Program-made: the position numbers and the translations under genes
Source of the DNA: Eledone cirrhosa
Lineage: Eukaryota
Reading direction: 5' to 3'
DNA: 64,000 nt
Assembly (NCBI GenBank): GCA_964016885.1
Contig: OZ024765.1
Span: 18,910,001 to 18,974,000 of the forward strand
The notes under the pieces: model-generated
The model's input: the letters and a program-made list of their open reading frames with translations, nothing else
The model's database searches: none
What the model was told of the DNA's origin: nothing
Shown: piece after piece, positions 58,925 to 64,000 of the stretch
Numbering within the stretch: position 1 is the stretch's first letter
Layout: every line of letters starts with the position of its first letter

Positions 58925-61398
58925 AACAGCGCGCACTCCATTTTGGCGAGTCTTTTCACTGGGCAAGGCACGACAGTCAAGCGGTAGTAGATGACGGATG
59001 CTATATAAGTATTCGCCACCTCCGCTCGACCTTTCAGGGATAGTTTGCACTGGGCCCACTTCTGGGTGAGTGCAAACACCCTGGCCGTTACCTCGTTCCA
59101 GTTTTTCTCCACCTGGAGTTCTGGTCCGAACCAGACCCCAAGCAGCTTCACCGGGCCCTCCGTCCAGCGTCCGACGACGTCGTTGGAGGGCATCGGTTTG
59201 CCTCTCCATGTTCCGAGTTGCAAACCGACGGACTTGTCCCGGTTCAGCTTGGCTCCTGTAAACTTTTCATATTCCTCCAGTAAGGTGCTGATCTCACCGA
59301 TTTGCGAGGTTTTCGACACCATTACTGTCAGGTCATCGGCGTAGGCCGACGCCGCTTTCTGCAATCCCGGTTCCAAAGGGATGCCCTGCAACCGCTCCAA
59401 CTTCCGCAGTAGTGGCTCAAGAGCCAGCACATACAGTAGGGAGGAGAGAGGGCATCCCTGTCGGATGGATCGCATGATTTGGAACGGCTCCGAGAGGTGG
59501 CCGTTCACCTTGACCATTGAGCAGACGTTGTTGCTGTGCATCGCAGCAATCCAACCCCTGAAAACGGGTCCGAAGCCTGCCGCCGCGAGCACCGCATCCA
59601 GGTAACGATGGTCAACCCTATCGAAAGCTTTAGATTGATCCAAGTTGATCAGGGCCCCACCAAAGCCGGGTTCATTCCCTACCCTCTCTATGATGTATCG
59701 CATAAGGTGGAGATTGTCGTGAATGGACCTGGACGGGATTGCGCATGTCTGCGCTTCTCCCACCAGGTTTCCAACGACAAGCGCCAACCTCTTCGCTAAC
59801 ACCTTGGCCAAAATCTTTAACTCTGTATTTAGCAGAGTTATGGGCCTGAAGTTACTTATGTCATCCCCTTGTTCTCATCCTTCCTCACCAGCGTAACTAC
59901 GCCTTGGTCACAGAACTGGGAATTCTCCCGTTCTGCTGCCAGTTGCAGTAGACCGCTTCGAGGATATCGGAGAACAAGTCCGGCATCGCTACATATAGCT
60001 CGTATGGTAGACCATCGAGACCCGGGGATTTGCGTTTGCTGCATTGGCTCAGCGCCGCCCCTATCTCAGCAGCTGAAATCGTCCTTTCGCAGGACTTCGC
60101 CTCCGCGTCCGAGAGGCGCGGCAGACCGTCGAGGTATGGATTGAAATCCATAGTCTCACCCGGCGCGCCGCCCCTCTCGAACAGTCGTGCAAAGTGCCGC
60201 TGAAAGGCCGCACACATCTGCCCAGGTTCAAGGATCACACGCCCATCCTGGTCCTTCAAAGACCGAATCGTGGACTTGTTCCCACTTTTTGCCTCTGTCA
60301 CTCGGGCCCAGCTCACAGCTTTGGCTCCCTCATTACCAGAGCACGTATTTTACTCCTGACAACGCAGCCTTCATGCTTCACCTCAAAGAACTGGTCTAAG
60401 GCCATTCTTGATGCCAGCACGCCGGCTACATTGCCACTCCTAATCGCCTCTTCTACTCTATCTACTAATTCCCTTTCCGTCTTGTTCCTATCCCTTGCTA
60501 ATTCCTGACTAAAACCTATCGATTCTATTCTAATTGCTCTCTTAAGAGAGCTCCACCACCTGTTGTTGACAATTGCCCCTGTCAAACTCTGCTTAACTAA
60601 CGTGCTAATCCGTTTACTGTAAGCTTTGCTTCTCGGTAAGGACAAGTTCAGCTTCCAGTAACCGGGTCCCTGTCTATGGGTTCTATCAAGGTTGGCTATG
60701 CAGGTCACTAACTTGTGATCCGAATAGTCAACCATGAACATTTTTGGACAGCTAAATGTGTCCCTATCCTTCTCTCTAACTAGGACCCTATCTAGGTACG
60801 ACCTAGATGTTCCACTGCGATTGGTCCACGTCCATAGTGGTACAGTCGGAAAATCTAGTCGATATCTATCGGCCAGGTCAAATCGGCCGATTAACCTTTT
60901 GAGGCTTTTACACCCCCCCCCCCTATTGGCACATGCCCCTACATAGTCCCAACGTGCATCCAGGATACCATTCCAGTCCCCCACTAAAAGCAAGGAGCGG
61001 AACGTTCCCAGAAAAGTTTCCAGACGTTGGAAGTATTCCGGCCGCGCTGCCCAAAAAGGGGCGTACACAGCTATTAGTCTAAGGGCTCCACTTTCACTAC
61101 TGCCGACGTCTAAAGCCACCAGTCGACCCTCCGGGTCCAGGTGCACCTTCTGTATGGCGATGCCCAGGTGTTTTCGCAGCAGAACGACAACTCCACCCCC
61201 ACCCCCCGGTTGACAGAGAGATGCGAAGATCTCAAAGTCGTCGAAGAGGGGCGCCAGTTGGTGCTCGCTGCTGATCCTGGACTCGCAAATAGCCATTACA
61301 TCCATTCTATGCGACCTGAGATCGTTTAAAAGTTTGCCTTGTTTCCAAGACAGTCCCAGGCCGCGTACATTCAGACACCCAACTCTTATATCAGCCAT
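58925..61398 (-). CDS. LINE ORF2 (APE endonuclease plus reverse transcriptase), three -1 frameshifts, truncated by the gap
   Basis: Endonuclease motifs LNVRGL, VYAP, GDWN, SYLDRV, SDHK; RT motifs KSPGLDGLPYELY, NFRPITLLN, LDQSKAFDRVDH, RQGCPLS, AYADD, KLLGV. Frameshifts at ~60336, ~59902 and ~59866. Confidence 0.9.
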
Positions 61399-61419
61399 GT
61401 TGGTTAAAAGAGGAAGGAC

Positions 61420-63156
61420 CTACCTGTTCGGCTCCTGAGGAGCAGGTTGCACAATATCCATGGGCGTATTGGAGGGGTTGTTTGGTGGGGTGTTGTTCTG
61501 TGGTAGAGTGGGGGTGTTTGGTGAGGTGTGGGTGGGGAAACGTTTCAAGAGGACGCGGTTATAGGGTCGAGTACATGTTTTCCCCACGTCCTCAGGAAAG
61601 TTCTCTCTTAGTTTTGCATAGGTGTCCATTGGGAGTCTTATCATTTTTAAATGCGGTTTGTTGGCCGCGCTTGCAAAGAATTGCCCTTCAGTTTCCACCG
61701 AAGGGTCTTTGTGTATTGTTTTTACTAGTTCTTTGTTATTTGTGTTAATGTATGTATACTGTTTTATTTGTGTTGTGTTTGTTTGTTGTTCTTGTGTGTG
61801 CTTACGTTTTGTTGTATGTGTTATGTTTTGGGGTGGGGCGGATTTTGTTTGTTCTGTTTGTTTTGTTTTTGTTGGTGGTTGTGTGTTTGTTTCGTTTATG
61901 TTCGAGTGGTGCTTTCTTTTTTTCCTTTTTACAGGTTGGAAGGGTTCCCCCTCTTCGTCACTAGGTGCCGTTTCAGCTGGGTCCTCGTCCGTGCTGTCGG
62001 GTAGTGGTGTATTTTGGGGTTTTGTTGTATTTGTGTGTGTTTTGGGAGTTGTTTTGGGTGGGGCCGTGTCTTGTGTTATTTTTCCGTGTTGTTTTTGTTG
62101 TTGTTGTGGTGGTGGTGGAGGTGGTGGTGGTGGTGGTGGCGGTGGTGGTGTGTGGGGTGTAGGCAAAAGAGCCTTTTTTTTTGTCAATTGAGGACAAGCA
62201 GCCCTTAGATGACCCCTGCTTGAACAGTAGTAACATATGGGCCTCCTACCCTCGGCTGAAATGTATATAAATGTTTCTCCATCGAGGGACACCCTCTGTG
62301 GTATTCTAGCTATTCGTTCTGGTCTCATTTGGACCAGAACCTCCACGCTCAAACCGCCGAAAACCTCTGTGGTGACTTCTCCTACTGAGAGGATTCCGTC
62401 CTCGTCTTCTAAAAATCCTGTTAGTACCCAGGAAATGCATGCATTTGGCCGGATTCCGGAGACCCTTATTTTCTGCGTTCTTTTCCCTAAATATGTGGGG
62501 GAAAATGTATGTAGCTTGGAACCAATTGGCGCCACAGAGTATTTCCTGGCCGTCAATTGATCCTTCATTAGGACCGTTATATTCCCATAGAGTGGCCCTT
62601 TTTGTATGAACGATATATCACTCCACACATTTTTTAGGACCAGCTCAATCTCTTTTGGGGATAATTGAGCTGGTTTCCTTGTTATGTTGGAAATTGTTCT
62701 GAAAGATATCGTTCTTAGCGTCGTGTCTCTTTTGATTTCTTGTGGGGAGGTGATTGTGAAGTCTCCTCCTTCTTTGAAAGTTACATACTGTTTCGCTTCC
62801 TTCATCTTTTCTCTCAGAGTTGTAATGTCCAGTTGCTTGCAGGTTTGTGTTTTCCGGACCGCCTGTGCAAAGGAGGCACCAGTAGTGGGTTCGCTTTGTT
62901 TGGTGTTATCGTTATTTTTTCCTTGGTTGGTGTTGTGACTATTGCTGTTATTGTCGTTGTTGTTTTTGTCTGCGTTTATGTGACTTTCTGGGTTTTCACC
63001 CATTTTTACAAATTTTTCTTTTAATTCTGTGTTCCATGTTTCTTTTGCAGAAGTGAGGAGGGAAGACTTAGAGCCTTGTGCTTCTAGCTTCTCTGTATCA
63101 CCTTTCTTAGGGGGCGTGGCTTTCACGTTAGGATGAGATGTGAAAATTCCGTCCAT
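61420..63156 (-). CDS. LINE ORF1 gag-like nucleic-acid-binding protein (~578 aa from the first ATG)
   Basis: Long open frame with CCHC knuckle CYYCSSRGHLRAAC, a Pro/Thr-rich region and basic KRKKRK. First ATG at 63156; the track start at 63249 is a TTG. Confidence 0.88.
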   Translation of the reverse strand: MDGIFTSHPNVKATPPKKGDTEKLEAQGSKSSLLTSAKETWNTELKEKFVKMGENPESHINADKNNNDNNSNSHNTNQGKNNDNTKQSEPTTGASFAQAVRKTQTCKQLDITTLREKMKEAKQYVTFKEGGDFTITSPQEIKRDTTLRTISFRTISNITRKPAQLSPKEIELVLKNVWSDISFIQKGPLYGNITVLMKDQLTARKYSVAPIGSKLHTFSPTYLGKRTQKIRVSGIRPNACISWVLTGFLEDEDGILSVGEVTTEVFGGLSVEVLVQMRPERIARIPQRVSLDGETFIYISAEGRRPICYYCSSRGHLRAACPQLTKKKALLPTPHTPPPPPPPPPPPPPPQQQQKQHGKITQDTAPPKTTPKTHTNTTKPQNTPLPDSTDEDPAETAPSDEEGEPFQPVKRKKRKHHSNINETNTQPPTKTKQTEQTKSAPPQNITHTTKRKHTQEQQTNTTQIKQYTYINTNNKELVKTIHKDPSVETEGQFFASAANKPHLKMIRLPMDTYAKLRENFPEDVGKTCTRPYNRVLLKRFPTHTSPNTPTLPQNNTPPNNPSNTPMDIVQPAPQEPNR

Positions 63157-63365
63157 TTCTATTAGTTTGCCGTAATAAGTTTTTAACTGGAAAATTCGCC
63201 CCAAAAAGGGGCGAAAATAAATAAACTCAAAGTTTGACGACCAAGGCAAGGGGTTAACGTATATTACAGTATAAAAAAATTAATCAAAACTCACTTTTGA
63301 GTAAGTAAATCCGACTCGGTAGCCGAGCTTGTTCACACACGTCAACACACGTCTCTCGTATACGA

Positions 63366-64000
63366 GATGTTATGTGAGATATTATGTGAGGTAAAGCCTT
63401 TACTGTGACAATACAATAGTATATATAGAGTAATGTAAATGTTATGTGAGATATTATGTGAGGTGAAGCCTTTACTGTGAAAATACAAAAGTATATATAG
63501 AGTAATGTGAATGTTATGTGAGATAAAGCATTTACTGTGAAAATATAATAGTATATATAGAGTAATGTAAATGTTATGTGAGATATTATGTGAGGTAAAG
63601 CCTTTACTGTGACAATACAATAGTATATATAGAGTAATGTAAATGTTATGTGAGATATTATGTAAGGTAAAGCCTTTACTGTGAAAATACAATAGTATAT
63701 ATAGAGTAATGTAAATGTTATGTGAGATATTATGTGAGGTAAAGGCTTTACTATGAAAATACAACAGTATATATAGAGTAATGTAAATATTATGTGAGAT
63801 ATTATGTGAGGTAAAGCCTTTACTGTGACAATACAATAGTATATATAGAGTAATGTAAATGTTATGTGAGATATTATGTGAGTTGAAGCCTTTACTGTGA
63901 CAATACAATAGTATATATAGAGTAATGTAAATGTTATGTGAGATATTATGTGAGATAAAGCATTTACTGTAAAAATATAATAGTATATATAGAGTAATGT
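63366..64000. repeat. 72-bp minisatellite (60-bp variant), running off the window
   Basis: GTTATGTGAGATATTATGTGAGGTAAAGCCTTTACTGTGACAATACAATAGTATATATAGAGTAATGTAAAT repeated about 9 times. Confidence 0.96.

Larger units (their letters stand above)
58925..63365 (-). mobile_element. L1/Tx1-type LINE, 5' end present, 3' part lost in the gap
   Basis: 5' UTR, zinc-knuckle ORF1, 21-bp spacer, APE endonuclease plus RT ORF2. Confidence 0.92.

Noticed and set aside
63342-63908. 188 aa repeat ORF
   Set aside because: Translation of the 72-bp minisatellite.

Overview
Repeat-dominated eukaryotic (animal) DNA with no intact host gene recognised. The tRNA-derived SINE family resembles, from memory, octopus SINEs, so a cephalopod origin is an inference. 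(1) 1-30120: tandem array of a ~4.5-4.7 kb composite unit (6 full copies, one truncated, one diverged terminal remnant). Each unit carries four tRNA-like Pol III-type cassettes around a 63-bp near-perfect inverted repeat, decayed small spliced genes sharing a paralogous last exon, a CR1-type LINE relic, a SINE fragment and a probable hAT MITE. (2) 30.1-38 kb: (TA)n-rich zone with short terminally redundant or tandem elements (410, 550, 577, 615 bp units), three type-I hammerhead ribozyme motifs, and a related 577/615-bp family with covarying RNA-like stems but no canonical hammerhead. (3) 32-50 kb: SINE clusters and two oppositely oriented 79/70-bp minisatellites derived from a CRE-like retrotransposon endonuclease region. 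(4) 43-58.7 kb: simple repeats and minisatellites; most ORF-track calls here are artefacts. (5) After a 200-N gap, a minus-strand L1/Tx1-type LINE (ORF1 intact, ORF2 broken only by three 1-bp G-run deletions) abuts a 72-bp minisatellite. All calls were made by eye; coordinates are approximate to a few bases.
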